64,000 nucleotides of DNA from Pseudomonadota bacterium. Its GTDB lineage: Bacteria > Desulfobacterota > Binatia > Binatales > Binataceae. Made by a program: the position numbers and the translations under genes. Every line of letters begins with the position of its first letter. Position 1 is the stretch's first letter. The stretch is taken from positions 1,129 to 65,128 of the forward strand of contig JAJPHI010000014.1 in NCBI GenBank assembly GCA_021325355.1, written 5' to 3'. Positions 29,965 to 39,878 of the stretch are shown in pieces. The notes beneath the pieces were generated by a model. It was not told the origin of the DNA. It did not search any database and saw only the letters and a program-made list of their open reading frames with translations.

Positions 29965-30774
29965 TTAACTGAATTCGCCGCGAATATAGCGCTGTGTCTC
30001 CGCCTGCTGCGGATCGTCGAAGATCTGGGCGGTCGGCGCGTACTCAACCATGTAGCCGGTGCGTCCGCCTTGCGAGGTATCGACATAGAGAAAGGCGGTC
30101 ATGTCCGCAACGCGCCGCGCCTGCTGCAGATTGTGCGTGACGATCGCGATGGTAAAACGCTTCTTCAGTTCATGCATCAGTTCTTCGATCCGATGCGTGG
30201 CGATGGGATCGAGCGCCGAGCAGGGTTCATCCATCAGGAGCACGGCCGGTTCGGTGGCGATCGCGCGGGCGATGCAGAGCCGCTGCTGCTGTCCACCCGA
30301 TAGGGAAAGTCCGCTGGCGCGCAGCTTGTCCTTCACTTCTTCCCACAGGGCCGCTTCGCGCAGGGCTTTTTCGACCTTCTGCGGGATCGACCCCTTGTAG
30401 CGATTCAGGCGGAGACCGAACGCGACATTGTCGTAGATGCTCATGGCGAACGGGTTGGGCTGCTGAAAGACCATCCCGATATGGCGGCGGACCGCGACCG
30501 GATCGATCCGGCTCGCGTAGATATCCTGGCCGCGAAAGAACACGTGGCCCTTGAAGCGAAAACCGCGCACCAGATCATTCATGCGGTTAAGACAGCGCAG
30601 GGCGGTGCTTTTGCCGCATCCCGAGGGGCCGATAAAAGCCGTAATCGTGTTGCGCCTGACCCTCAAGGCGACGTCGCGCAGCGCCTTGAAGACGCCGTAG
30701 TGGAGTTCCTTGATTTCGCAGTCGATCACGGTGTCGGCGACCGCGCCGTTGCCGGTCGCAGGCAAAGCAGCCAT
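29965..30774 (-). CDS. pstB: Phosphate ABC transporter ATPase
   Basis: [38 protein letters not shown]. Confidence 0.96.
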   Translation of the reverse strand: MAALPATGNGAVADTVIDCEIKELHYGVFKALRDVALRVRRNTITAFIGPSGCGKSTALRCLNRMNDLVRGFRFKGHVFFRGQDIYASRIDPVAVRRHIGMVFQQPNPFAMSIYDNVAFGLRLNRYKGSIPQKVEKALREAALWEEVKDKLRASGLSLSGGQQQRLCIARAIATEPAVLLMDEPCSALDPIATHRIEELMHELKKRFTIAIVTHNLQQARRVADMTAFLYVDTSQGGRTGYMVEYAPTAQIFDDPQQAETQRYIRGEFS

Positions 30775-30784
30775 AAGATTCTCC

Positions 30785-31714
30785 TTAGCGATGATAATGT
30801 GCGGCCAATCTCTGTCCCGCGATATTTACCAGCAGAACTATAACCACGAGGACCAGCGCCGCGGTCCACGCCATCGCGATCTGATTATCGAACGGGGAAC
30901 CCGAAAAATTATAAATCAGCACTGCCAGTGACGCCGTCGGCTTCATCAGGTCGCCGATGGTTTTGGGCAGGAACTCGGGCGACGTGCGACTCATCCAGTA
31001 ATCACTGAAGAGTGAGGTGAAGAGGAGCGGCGCGGTTTCGCCGGCGGCGCGCGCGATTGCGAGCATGATGCCGGTGAGGATACCCGGCAGAGCGGTCGGC
31101 AGCAGTACCTTGCGGACGACCTGGGTCGGTGTCGCGCCCATCCCGATCGCGGCCTCGCGCATCCGCGACGGCACCCGCAGGATCGCATCTTCGGCCGTCA
31201 ACAGGATGGTCGGAATCATCAAGAGAGCGAGGGCGACGCCGCCGGCAGGCGCGGAAAAGCCGCCGGTGACCATCACCACTATGGCAAAGGCAAACACGCC
31301 GGCGAGGATCGAAGGCAATCCGGTGAGGACCTTGGCGGCGAAACGCACGGCCTGCGTGATGCGCGATTCGGGCGCGAACTCCGCGGTATAGACCGCGGCC
31401 AGGATGCCTATCGGGACGCTTATCAGAGTCGCAATGAAGACGATTAGAATGGTGCCCGCAATCGCGTTGCCGATACCGCCGCCGGGCATCATCGCCGCCG
31501 GTGGCAATTCGGTGAAGGTTGCCTTGCCGAGCGTTTGCGCGCCCCGTCGGATGAGCAAAAACAGCACCGACAACAGCGGGAACATCGCGGCAAGCGTCGC
31601 CGCGCCGGTCAACAGACTCATGAAGTAGCTGAAGATTTCCCGCGGATGACGCAGCGAGCGTTCAAGCTGCGGCAGATCCACCTCGAGCGGAACTTCGGAA
31701 GCCATCGCCGCCAT
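30785..31714 (-). CDS. pstA: Phosphate ABC transporter permease
   Basis: [28 protein letters not shown]. Confidence 0.94.
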   Translation of the reverse strand: MAAMASEVPLEVDLPQLERSLRHPREIFSYFMSLLTGAATLAAMFPLLSVLFLLIRRGAQTLGKATFTELPPAAMMPGGGIGNAIAGTILIVFIATLISVPIGILAAVYTAEFAPESRITQAVRFAAKVLTGLPSILAGVFAFAIVVMVTGGFSAPAGGVALALLMIPTILLTAEDAILRVPSRMREAAIGMGATPTQVVRKVLLPTALPGILTGIMLAIARAAGETAPLLFTSLFSDYWMSRTSPEFLPKTIGDLMKPTASLAVLIYNFSGSPFDNQIAMAWTAALVLVVIVLLVNIAGQRLAAHYHR

Positions 31715-32766
31715 CAGCGCAGGCCTTTTAACTGGGCGCCGGCGCGCTGGAGAATCACGGTGCCGATGATATTCACGATAAGCGTGATCGCCAGTAACAC
31801 CAGTGCCGCGTACATCAGTGCCCCCACTTCCGCAGTACCCGCCTCGGGAAAATGATTGGCCAGCAGGGCGGCGAGCGTATTTGCCGGCGAAAACAGCGAC
31901 CAGCTCAACACGTTAGCATTCCCGGCGAGCATCGCAAGGGCCATCGTCTCGCCGAGCGCGCGTCCGAAGCCGAGGATGATCGCGCCGAAAATGCCGGTGG
32001 CCGCCGTGGGTATGAAGACGGCAAGAATCGCTTCCCAGCGGGTCGCGCCGAGCCCGAAGGCGGCCTCGCGAATCTTCGGCGGCACGGCAATCAAGGCGTC
32101 GCGGGCGATCGCTGAGATGGTCGGCAGCACCATGATCGCCAGCACGATCGCCGCCGGCAGCAGGCCTGGGCCGCTGAGTGCGGTGCCAAAGAAGGGAATC
32201 CAGCCCAGATGGTTGTGCAGCCAGTCGGCGGGCGGCCGCACCCATGGAATCACGACGAAGATGCCCCACAGGCCGTAGACCACGCTGGGAATCGCCGCCA
32301 GCAGCTCAATCGTGGTGCGCAGAACATTTTCGATGCCGTCGGGCAGCGCGGCCCAGAAGCGGCGGCCCTCGAGGCCGAGAGCGCCGATCACCGATTCGAG
32401 TCCCGCGGAAAGAAAGTGCTCGCTCAGGAAAACGGCGATCGCGAGCCCGAAAAGCGTCCCGCCGATAAGGCCCAGGATCGAGCTGTACAGGGTTCCGACG
32501 ATCGCCGGCAGCACGCCGAACTCATTGCGGTTGGCGTCCCACGTCGTGCCGGTCAGAAAGCGGAATTTATAGGTTTCTAGCGCCGGCATCGCCGCGTGCC
32601 CGATAGTGTAGACCAGGTAGACCGTAAGCCCGACGGTCAGGACCGCGATCGCAAAGGTGGTCTGACGAAAGACGCGGTCGGCAAGAGTTTCGACGAACCG
32701 CGGCGCTCCCGCGATATTGCCCGACGCGGCGCCCGCGGCCGTCAGTTCGACGTTTTCGGAACTCAT
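31714..32766 (-). CDS. pstC: Phosphate ABC transporter permease
   Basis: ELLAAIPSVVYGLWG, EAAFGLGATRWE, GRALGETMA. Confidence 0.95.
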   Translation of the reverse strand: MSSENVELTAAGAASGNIAGAPRFVETLADRVFRQTTFAIAVLTVGLTVYLVYTIGHAAMPALETYKFRFLTGTTWDANRNEFGVLPAIVGTLYSSILGLIGGTLFGLAIAVFLSEHFLSAGLESVIGALGLEGRRFWAALPDGIENVLRTTIELLAAIPSVVYGLWGIFVVIPWVRPPADWLHNHLGWIPFFGTALSGPGLLPAAIVLAIMVLPTISAIARDALIAVPPKIREAAFGLGATRWEAILAVFIPTAATGIFGAIILGFGRALGETMALAMLAGNANVLSWSLFSPANTLAALLANHFPEAGTAEVGALMYAALVLLAITLIVNIIGTVILQRAGAQLKGLR

Positions 32767-33812
32767 GAAATCTGCGCCAACGCTTCCTTATCCTTCCGGA
32801 TGACGCTTTCCGGCAGCGGGATATAACCGAGATCGCTCGCGAAGCTCTGGCCCTGGTCGAGTCCATACTCGACCACCGCCTTCAAGGTTTGCGCGACTTT
32901 CGGATCCGCATACTTCCGGTAAAACAGCATCCAGGTGTACGTCACAATCGGATACGAGTCGTCGCCGCTCGGATCGGTCACCCAGCCGCGCAGGTTCGCC
33001 GGGAGAGTCACCGAGGCGAGCGCGTTCTTTTCGGTCGCGGGCGTGGCCGACACGAATTTGCCGGCCTTGTTTTCGAGGACAGCCATCGGCATGCCGGTCT
33101 GCTTCGCATAGCCGTATTCCACGTAACCGATCGCGCCGGGCGTCTGCTTGACCAGCGCGGTGACGCCAGGATTTCCTTTGCCGGCAACGCCCACGGGAAA
33201 ATTGACCGAGGTGCCGTGGCCGGGACCGTTCTTCCAGGCATCGCTGACCGCGCTCAGATGGGAAGTGAAGACGAAGGTGGTACCGCTGCCGTCGGATCGC
33301 GTAACCACGGTGATTTTTTCGTCGGGCAATTTTGCCCCGGGGTTGGTTCTGGTAATCGCGGTATCATTCCAGTTGGTAATCTTGCCGAGAAAAATGTTGA
33401 CATAAGCCTCGCGCGAAAGGCGCAACGGCGCCGTCAAATCCGGCAGATTGTAGCTCAGCACGATGCCGCCGGCGGTCATGGGGATGAGCACGACACCCTG
33501 TTTGACGGCCGCCATCTGTTCATCGGTCATCGCCGCGTCGCTCGCGCCGAAATCGACCAGTTGCTGTTGAAACTGCTTGATACCGGCGCCGCTGCCGATC
33601 GGCTGGTAATTGATTTCGACGTCAGGATGCAACTTGTTGTATTCCGCGAACCAGCGTTGATACAAAGGCGCGGGAAACGTTGCTCCGGATCCTTGCAGAG
33701 TCGTCGCGCTTGCCGCGTCGCCGACCTGGTAGCCGAGAAACCCCATCGCGACCAGCGAAAGCGCCATCAACCCAAGCGGCCAGCGCCAATGCTCGATCGT
33801 CTTTGCCCTCAT
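32763..33812 (-). CDS. pstS: Phosphate-binding periplasmic protein
   Basis: GSGATFPAPLY, GSGAG, DFGASD, RSDGSGTT; GGAG RBS upstream of ATG 33812. Confidence 0.96.
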   Translation of the reverse strand: MRAKTIEHWRWPLGLMALSLVAMGFLGYQVGDAASATTLQGSGATFPAPLYQRWFAEYNKLHPDVEINYQPIGSGAGIKQFQQQLVDFGASDAAMTDEQMAAVKQGVVLIPMTAGGIVLSYNLPDLTAPLRLSREAYVNIFLGKITNWNDTAITRTNPGAKLPDEKITVVTRSDGSGTTFVFTSHLSAVSDAWKNGPGHGTSVNFPVGVAGKGNPGVTALVKQTPGAIGYVEYGYAKQTGMPMAVLENKAGKFVSATPATEKNALASVTLPANLRGWVTDPSGDDSYPIVTYTWMLFYRKYADPKVAQTLKAVVEYGLDQGQSFASDLGYIPLPESVIRKDKEALAQIS

Positions 33813-33889
33813 GCACAAGCTCCTGCTCAGTTGAGTTTATTGGTGGAGACGCTGGTGATCTTACGCACTTACTTTGCTGAGCAAAGAGA

Positions 33890-33935
33890 AGTTTTGTTAA
33901 CACATTATGAAAAGCTGATGACTTTAGTATGTCGT
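33890..33935 (-). promoter_or_regulatory. Pho box (PhoB-type direct repeats) upstream of pstS
   Basis: Minus strand reads GACAT-actaaa-GTCAT-cagctt-TTCAT-aatgtg-TTAAC-aaaact, four cores at exact 11-bp spacing (plus-strand starts 33929, 33918, 33907, 33896). Confidence 0.75.
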
Positions 33936-34186
33936 CGAAGAGTGATTACGACTCGCGGGATATCAGGGGCATGGTAATGAAATATATTTGCCCGACGGCT
34001 GACGCGTCAGTGGGCTGAATATCAGTTCGGCGATCGGGCGGAGCGCGGCGCGCTTAAAGGGCTCGCAGCGTTGGCAGAATCTTAATCGTTCAATAGTACG
34101 CTCTTCAAAATCGGCAGCTATTTTTGCGCGGCAACGCGGAATGGTGCTGGAGAGATCTAACCGACCGTCCAGGTGGAGGTGATGCG

Positions 34187-35041
34187 GTGGAGGTAGGGGA
34201 TCTGCTGAGGCTCGAAAGCGCCGTGCCTGCGCGGACCCGGGTGTTGCCGGAGCGATCGCGGACCGCGCACGAAATCCGCGCGTGCCGGTCAATTTGGATC
34301 TCCGATCTGCATTTTGGGACGCGGCGGATGCAGGCGGCCGCACTGCTGGATTTCCTGCTGCATCACGAGGCCGAGAACCTCTTTTTGGTCGGCGACATTA
34401 TTGACGGATGGATCGCCGACAGCGAGTGGTTCTGGTCGGACGATCAGGAGGCAGCGGCGGCCGAGTTGCGCGCCTGGGTCGGGCGCGGCAGCCGCGTTAC
34501 CTTGATTCCAGGGAACCATGATCTTTGTCGGGAGGCGGGTCCGCGTCTGCTGGGCCTCGAATACGGGCCCGAGGAATTGCTCTACACGACGCGGGAGGGC
34601 CGTCGGATGCTGGTCACGCATGGTCATCAGTTCGACCGCAAGATCGCCGGCGGCAGATGGTGGCAGGGGCCGACGAGCTATGCGATGGCGCTGCGGATCA
34701 GCGACTGGTACGAGCGCGACTGGCGCGGCGGTACGGACGGACGCGGGCTCGCCGCGGCGATCCGCTACCGCGTCAAACGCGCAGTCGAATACTTCATGGA
34801 CTTCGATGATCGCGCGATTCTGGAGGCCGTCCGCAAACATCGGGCTGACGGCATTATCTGCGGTCATACCCATCGCGCGGAACAGCGTCTGATAGGTCCG
34901 GTCTGGTACCTGAACGACGGCGATTGGGTGGAGAGTTGCACGGCGCTGGTGGAGGGATGGGACGGCGCGCTGCGGCTGCTGCGCTGGGAGGCGCCGGCGG
35001 CGGGAACGTCTCCGGCGCGGATTGGAGGCGAGGGTGCCTGA
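34187..35041 (+). CDS. Calcineurin-like metallophosphoesterase, PlcP-like phospholipase C (LpxH-related family)
   Basis: RSIWISDLHFG, GDIIDGW, PGNHD, THGHQFD, CGHTH, NDGDWVESCTALVE; GGAGGT RBS upstream of GTG 34187. Confidence 0.8.
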   Translation: MEVGDLLRLESAVPARTRVLPERSRTAHEIRACRSIWISDLHFGTRRMQAAALLDFLLHHEAENLFLVGDIIDGWIADSEWFWSDDQEAAAAELRAWVGRGSRVTLIPGNHDLCREAGPRLLGLEYGPEELLYTTREGRRMLVTHGHQFDRKIAGGRWWQGPTSYAMALRISDWYERDWRGGTDGRGLAAAIRYRVKRAVEYFMDFDDRAILEAVRKHRADGIICGHTHRAEQRLIGPVWYLNDGDWVESCTALVEGWDGALRLLRWEAPAAGTSPARIGGEGA

Positions 35042-36264
35042 TGGGAAGCGGAGCGGGTGGCAAGATGCGACGGAGGCTGGAGCAGGCGCAGGTTGAGCTG
35101 ATCTACTTTGATGCGGGCGGGGGCCATCGCGCGTCCGCCGTCGCTCTGGCGACGGTGCTGGCAGCGCAATTTCCTGGCGTTCGGGTAGCGATGGTCAACC
35201 TGCGCGAGCGGCTGGACAAGCTCGATTACCTGCGCCGCTGCACCGGTGTGAAACTCGAAAATTTCTACAATGCGCTGCTGCGCAAAGGGCTTGCCGTGGG
35301 GATCGGCCCGATGCTCCGCGTGCTCCATCTGCTGGTCCGCGAGATGCATCCGCGGATGGTGCGGATGCTGGCTGAGGGCTGGGCGCGCCATCGTCCGGAT
35401 CTGGTCGTCTCACTGATTCCGCATTTCAATCGCAGCCTTTTCGAGGGTCTTGAGGCGGCCGCGCGGATCCGTCGGGAGGCAGCGCCCCCGCTGGTGACCG
35501 TGATGACTGATCTGGCGGACTATCCACCGCATTTCTGGATCGAGCCGCAGGAACAGTTCCTCGTATGCGGCACCGGAACCGCGGCGCGCCAGGCGCTGGC
35601 GCTGGGCTTCCCCGCTCATCTGATTTTGCGCAGTTCGGGCATGATCGTCCGGCCGGAGTTCTACCGCGTGCCGTTCGACTCGCGCGCCGCTGAACGCGCG
35701 AAACTGGGCCTGGAGCAGGACCGCCCGACGGGCGTCGTGATGTTCGGCGGTTGCGGCTCGCGACGGATGGAGCTCATCGCGGAGGCGGTTGCGGACGGAA
35801 ATCGCGAGGTGCAACTGATCTTCGCCTGCGGGCGCAATGATGGGTTGGCGCAGCGCCTGGCGGCGCGGCGTCTGCCGTATCCGCATTTCGTCGTCGGCTT
35901 TACCGAAGCGATGCCGTACTTCATGAGGCTGGCGGATTTTTTTATCGGCAAACCGGGTCCGGGAAGTATCAGCGAGGCGCTGGTCTGCGGGCTGCCGGTT
36001 ATCGTCGAACGCAATCGGCTGACGATGCCGCACGAGCGCTTCAACACCGACTGGCTCCGGCAGCATCAACTGGGGCTGGTGGTCAGTTCGTTCACCACGA
36101 TCGACCGGGCGATCGCGCATCTGCTGGAAGGCAAGCGACTCGACCATTACCGGCGCCGAATCGCGGCCCATCACAATCAAGCCGTATTCGAAATTCCCCG
36201 GATGCTCGAGGCGATCCTCGAGGCCGGGGCGCCGTCCGCGCCGAGAGCCTCGCTCAGCGCCTGA
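35041..36264 (+). CDS. MGDG synthase/UgtP-like glycosyltransferase (GT28), probable diacylglycerol glycosyltransferase
   Basis: DAGGGHRAS, TVMTDLAD..PH.W, CGRN, GKPGPGSISEA; TGATG coupling to the upstream gene. Confidence 0.8.
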   Translation: MGSGAGGKMRRRLEQAQVELIYFDAGGGHRASAVALATVLAAQFPGVRVAMVNLRERLDKLDYLRRCTGVKLENFYNALLRKGLAVGIGPMLRVLHLLVREMHPRMVRMLAEGWARHRPDLVVSLIPHFNRSLFEGLEAAARIRREAAPPLVTVMTDLADYPPHFWIEPQEQFLVCGTGTAARQALALGFPAHLILRSSGMIVRPEFYRVPFDSRAAERAKLGLEQDRPTGVVMFGGCGSRRMELIAEAVADGNREVQLIFACGRNDGLAQRLAARRLPYPHFVVGFTEAMPYFMRLADFFIGKPGPGSISEALVCGLPVIVERNRLTMPHERFNTDWLRQHQLGLVVSSFTTIDRAIAHLLEGKRLDHYRRRIAAHHNQAVFEIPRMLEAILEAGAPSAPRASLSA

Positions 36265-36361
36265 GGGGGAGCGATCGCCGCGGGTCGCTCGTGGAGGCAT
36301 CGCCGTTGCGGCGCCGCCGTGTTACGCTTAGGGCGGTCCGGATCCCGCGCGAGGATGGAGG

Positions 36362-37438
36362 ATGAGAGAGCCGAAATTCAATCGAGGCGCAAGTGAAGGC
36401 GCGCTGCGCCGCGCATGGCGATCGTTGTTGCTCATCGGTGCGGCGCTTGTGCTGGGGGGCGCATCGCTGCAGGCCGATCAGCCGAACGACGCGGTTTACG
36501 CGAGCGTCGGCAACCATAAGTTCACCGAGCAGGAGGTGGACAGCGCGGTCCTGAACAGCGTCAGCCCCTCCCAGCTCTACGATTTGCGCAAGCGCGCGCT
36601 CGACCGCATGATCGACGACTACCTGATTGATCAGGCCGCCCACGCTGCCGGTCTGACGCGTGAACAGTATCTCGCGCGCGAGCTCAAGCCCGCCAAACCC
36701 ACCGAGGCCGAAGCGCGCAAATTCTACGACGACAACAAGAGTTCGATTCAGGCGCAGATTCACAATGCCACTTTCGACCAGGTGAAGGATCGGCTGATTG
36801 CGGCGCTCGAACGCCAGAACGAGGAGCAGCAGCGGGCCGCGCTGATTCAGCGTCTCCGTCAGGCCACCCCGGTTAACGTCGCGCTGAAACCGCCGCGCTT
36901 CACCGTCAACAGCGACGGCCATCCGTGGACCGGCGGCGCGGACGCGCCGGTGACGGTGGTCGAGTTTTCGGATTTTCAATGTCCCTACTGTCGGGCCGCG
37001 GAAAGTACGGTCAAGGCGATGCGGGCGAAGTACGGGGATCGCATCAAATTCGTGTACATGGACTTCCCCCTGAGCTTCCATCCGCATGCGATGGACGCGG
37101 CGCGCGCCGCCCAGTGCGCCGCCGAGCAGGATAAGTTCTGGCCCTATCACGACGCGCTCTTCGCCGATCAGAGCAAGCTCGCCGAGAGTGATCTGAAGGC
37201 CACGGCGAAACGCCTCGGGCTCGATACCGGGCGCTTCAACACCTGCTTCAACCAGGGGCAGCCCGATGGGCGGATCAAGGCCGAGCAGCAGCAGGGCGAG
37301 GCGCTCGGGGTGACCGGCACGCCGACCTTCTTTATCAATGGACGCGAGATCGTCGGGGCGCAGCCGCTTGATAAGTTCGCGGAAGTGATCGACGACGAAA
37401 CCAGCGCAGCCAATCAGCGCGCGGCGCGGGCCAACTGA
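36362..37438 (+). CDS. DsbA-family thioredoxin-domain protein with N-terminal helical extension
   Basis: Signal peptide; EFSDFQCPYC; GVTGTPTFFING. Confidence 0.9.
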   Translation: MREPKFNRGASEGALRRAWRSLLLIGAALVLGGASLQADQPNDAVYASVGNHKFTEQEVDSAVLNSVSPSQLYDLRKRALDRMIDDYLIDQAAHAAGLTREQYLARELKPAKPTEAEARKFYDDNKSSIQAQIHNATFDQVKDRLIAALERQNEEQQRAALIQRLRQATPVNVALKPPRFTVNSDGHPWTGGADAPVTVVEFSDFQCPYCRAAESTVKAMRAKYGDRIKFVYMDFPLSFHPHAMDAARAAQCAAEQDKFWPYHDALFADQSKLAESDLKATAKRLGLDTGRFNTCFNQGQPDGRIKAEQQQGEALGVTGTPTFFINGREIVGAQPLDKFAEVIDDETSAANQRAARAN

Positions 37439-37450
37439 GGTCGCCGCGCT

Positions 37451-38800
37451 TTGCCTGCCTACGACTACGATTTCTTCGTGATTGGCGCCGGCTCGGGCGG
37501 CGTGCGCGCGGCGCGAATCGCGGCGACGCACGGCGCGCGCGTCGCGGTGGCCGAAGAGCGCTACCTGGGCGGCACCTGCGTCAACGTCGGCTGTATTCCG
37601 AAGAAGCTTTTGGTGTACGCGTCGGAATTCGCCGACGCTTTCGCCGATGCGGCCGGCTTTGGCTGGGAGGTGGGAGCTCCGACGTTCGACTGGTCGCGTC
37701 TGCTTGGCAACAAGGACCGCGAGATCGAGCGGTTGAATGGCGTCTACGAGCGTCTTTTGACTGCGGCCGGCGCGCGGATTATACGGGGGCGGGCGGAGCT
37801 CGCGGGCGCGCACGCCGTGCGCATCAACGGCGCGACATTCACCGCCCGCTACATCCTGCTCGCGACCGGCAGTTGGCCGACGGTGCCCGAAATTCCCGGA
37901 GCCGATCTGGCGATCACTTCCAACGAAGCCTTCCATCTCGCGCGGCTGCCGCGCCGCGTCGTGATCGTGGGCGGCGGCTATATCGCGGTCGAGTTCGCCG
38001 GCATCTTCCATGGGCTCGGCGCGCAGGTGACGCTGATTCATCGCGGCGACGCCCTGCTGCGCGGATTCGACGATGATTTGCGCATCGCACTCGGCGAGGA
38101 GATAAGACAGCGCGGGATCGATCTGCGCCTTAAGAGCCGCGTCACGGCGATCGCGCGGAGCGACGGTCATCTGCGCGCCACGCTTGAGGACCACTCGACC
38201 GTGACCACGGAGCTGGTGATGTTCGCGACCGGGCGACATCCGAACTCGCGCGGTTTCGGTGTCGAAGAAGCGGGGGTTGCGCTCGACCGCGACGGCGCGG
38301 TGGTCGTCGGCGAAGACTCGCGCTCGTCGGTCGAAAGCATCTTTGCGATCGGCGACCTGACCAACCGTAGGTGCCTGACCCCGGTGGCGATCGCGGAAGG
38401 CCATGCGCTGGCGGACACGCTGTTCGGCAATCGCCCGCGCACGCTCGACTACGACAACATTCCCTCGGCGGTGTTCAGTCAGCCGCCGCTCGCGAGCGTC
38501 GGTTTGAGCGAGGCCGAAGCGCGTCGCCGCTACGGCCGGGTCGATATCTACAAGTCAGCCTTCACGCCCCTCAAGCACACGCTTAGCGGTCGTCGCGAGC
38601 GCACCCTGATGAAGCTCGTGGTGGACGGTGACAGCGGTCGCGTGGTCGGCGCGCACATGATCGGCGCCGATGCCGGCGAGATCATTCAGGGCCTTGCGAT
38701 CGCGCTCAAGTGCGGCGCGACCAAAGCCCAATTCGATGCCACTATCGGGATTCATCCGACTGCGGCTGAAGAATTTGTCACGATGCGGCAGAAGAGCTGA
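37451..38800 (+). CDS. gor: Glutathione-disulfide reductase
   Basis: GAGSGGVRAAR, GGTCVNVGCIPKK, GGGYIAVEFA, GIHPTAAEEF. Confidence 0.9.
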   Translation: MPAYDYDFFVIGAGSGGVRAARIAATHGARVAVAEERYLGGTCVNVGCIPKKLLVYASEFADAFADAAGFGWEVGAPTFDWSRLLGNKDREIERLNGVYERLLTAAGARIIRGRAELAGAHAVRINGATFTARYILLATGSWPTVPEIPGADLAITSNEAFHLARLPRRVVIVGGGYIAVEFAGIFHGLGAQVTLIHRGDALLRGFDDDLRIALGEEIRQRGIDLRLKSRVTAIARSDGHLRATLEDHSTVTTELVMFATGRHPNSRGFGVEEAGVALDRDGAVVVGEDSRSSVESIFAIGDLTNRRCLTPVAIAEGHALADTLFGNRPRTLDYDNIPSAVFSQPPLASVGLSEAEARRRYGRVDIYKSAFTPLKHTLSGRRERTLMKLVVDGDSGRVVGAHMIGADAGEIIQGLAIALKCGATKAQFDATIGIHPTAAEEFVTMRQKS

Positions 38801-38824
38801 CGACTTCGCGCTGATCCAGCGGCG

Positions 38825-39799
38825 ATGAGCAGACACGAGCCCACGGCGCGGATGCTATGCGTCGGTGTCGCCGGCCCCGCGCTCAGCCCCGGGGAACGAA
38901 AAACCCTGAAGCGCTTCGGGCCCGGCGCGATCATTCTCTTCAAACGCAATTACGCCGACCGCGCGCAATTGCGCGAACTCTGCAGGGATCTTCATCGACT
39001 GTACGATCCGCCGCCGTTCGTTGCGGTGGACCAGGAGGGCGGGCGCGTCATCCGGTTCGGTCCGCCGTTCATCCAGCTTGCCCCGGCGCGCGAACTCGCG
39101 CGTGTCCATGCGCCCCCTGCGATCGAAGCGCTGGCGCGCGCGATGGGCGCGGAGCTTCGCGCGGCGGGTATTGACCTCGACTTCGCGCCGGTGCTCGACG
39201 TCGTCACCAATCCGGCCAATGACGTTATCGGCGATCGCGCCTTTGGCCGCACGGCCGCGCGTGTCATCGCCGGCGGACTCGCGTTCATGCGCGGTCTGCG
39301 GAGCGCGGGCATCATTCCCTGCGCGAAACATTTTCCAGGCCACGGCAATGTTCAGGAGGATTCCCATCGCGAGCTGCCCGTCAGTCATTGCAGCCGGCGG
39401 AGCCTCTTCGAGGTCCATCTGAAACCGTTCGTCGCCGCGATAGCGGCAGGCGTGCCGATGATCATGATGGCGCATCTGATGACGCCGCTAATCGACCAGC
39501 AGCGCCCGGCGAGCCTCTCGCGGCCGCATATCGAAGGCCTTTTACGGAAGCGGCTCGGTTTTGGCGGTGTGATCGCGACCGATGACCTGCAGATGGGAGC
39601 GCTCGAGGCGACGGGCGCGCTGGCCGATCGCTGCGTCGCGGCGCTCGAGGCGGGGGCCGATCTGCTGCTCGCGTGTCGCCCGGTCGAAGAACTTGCGGAG
39701 GTGTTCGTGGCCCTGGCGCAGAGGGCGAAGTCCCCGGCGATGGGGCCGCGGCTCGCCGCGTCGGTCGAGCGGCTCGAGCGCCTGCGTCAGATCGGATAG
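38825..39799 (+). CDS. nagZ: Beta-N-acetylhexosaminidase (GH3)
   Basis: VDQEGGRV, FAPVLD, KHFPGHG...DSH, TDDLQM. Confidence 0.9.
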   Translation: MSRHEPTARMLCVGVAGPALSPGERKTLKRFGPGAIILFKRNYADRAQLRELCRDLHRLYDPPPFVAVDQEGGRVIRFGPPFIQLAPARELARVHAPPAIEALARAMGAELRAAGIDLDFAPVLDVVTNPANDVIGDRAFGRTAARVIAGGLAFMRGLRSAGIIPCAKHFPGHGNVQEDSHRELPVSHCSRRSLFEVHLKPFVAAIAAGVPMIMMAHLMTPLIDQQRPASLSRPHIEGLLRKRLGFGGVIATDDLQMGALEATGALADRCVAALEAGADLLLACRPVEELAEVFVALAQRAKSPAMGPRLAASVERLERLRQIG

Positions 39800-39878
39800 T
39801 TTTCCTCGTCGGTCGCGCGGCGGCCGAGGGCGTTCAGAGTGTGTGCGCCAAGTGATAGAATCCGCGCTGAAGGCGCCG

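Noticed and set aside
34187..35041. Annotation as the lipid A enzyme LpxH
   Set aside because: Has GNHD rather than the GNRD of proteobacterial LpxH, and sits between pst and a glycolipid-synthase-like gene; PlcP-like is preferred though unproven
36254..38404. 716-aa minus-strand ORF
   Set aside because: Antisense shadow of the dsbA-like gene and gor
39582..39878. N-terminal extension of ApbC
   Set aside because: Overlaps nagZ out of frame; the recognisable domain starts at 39879
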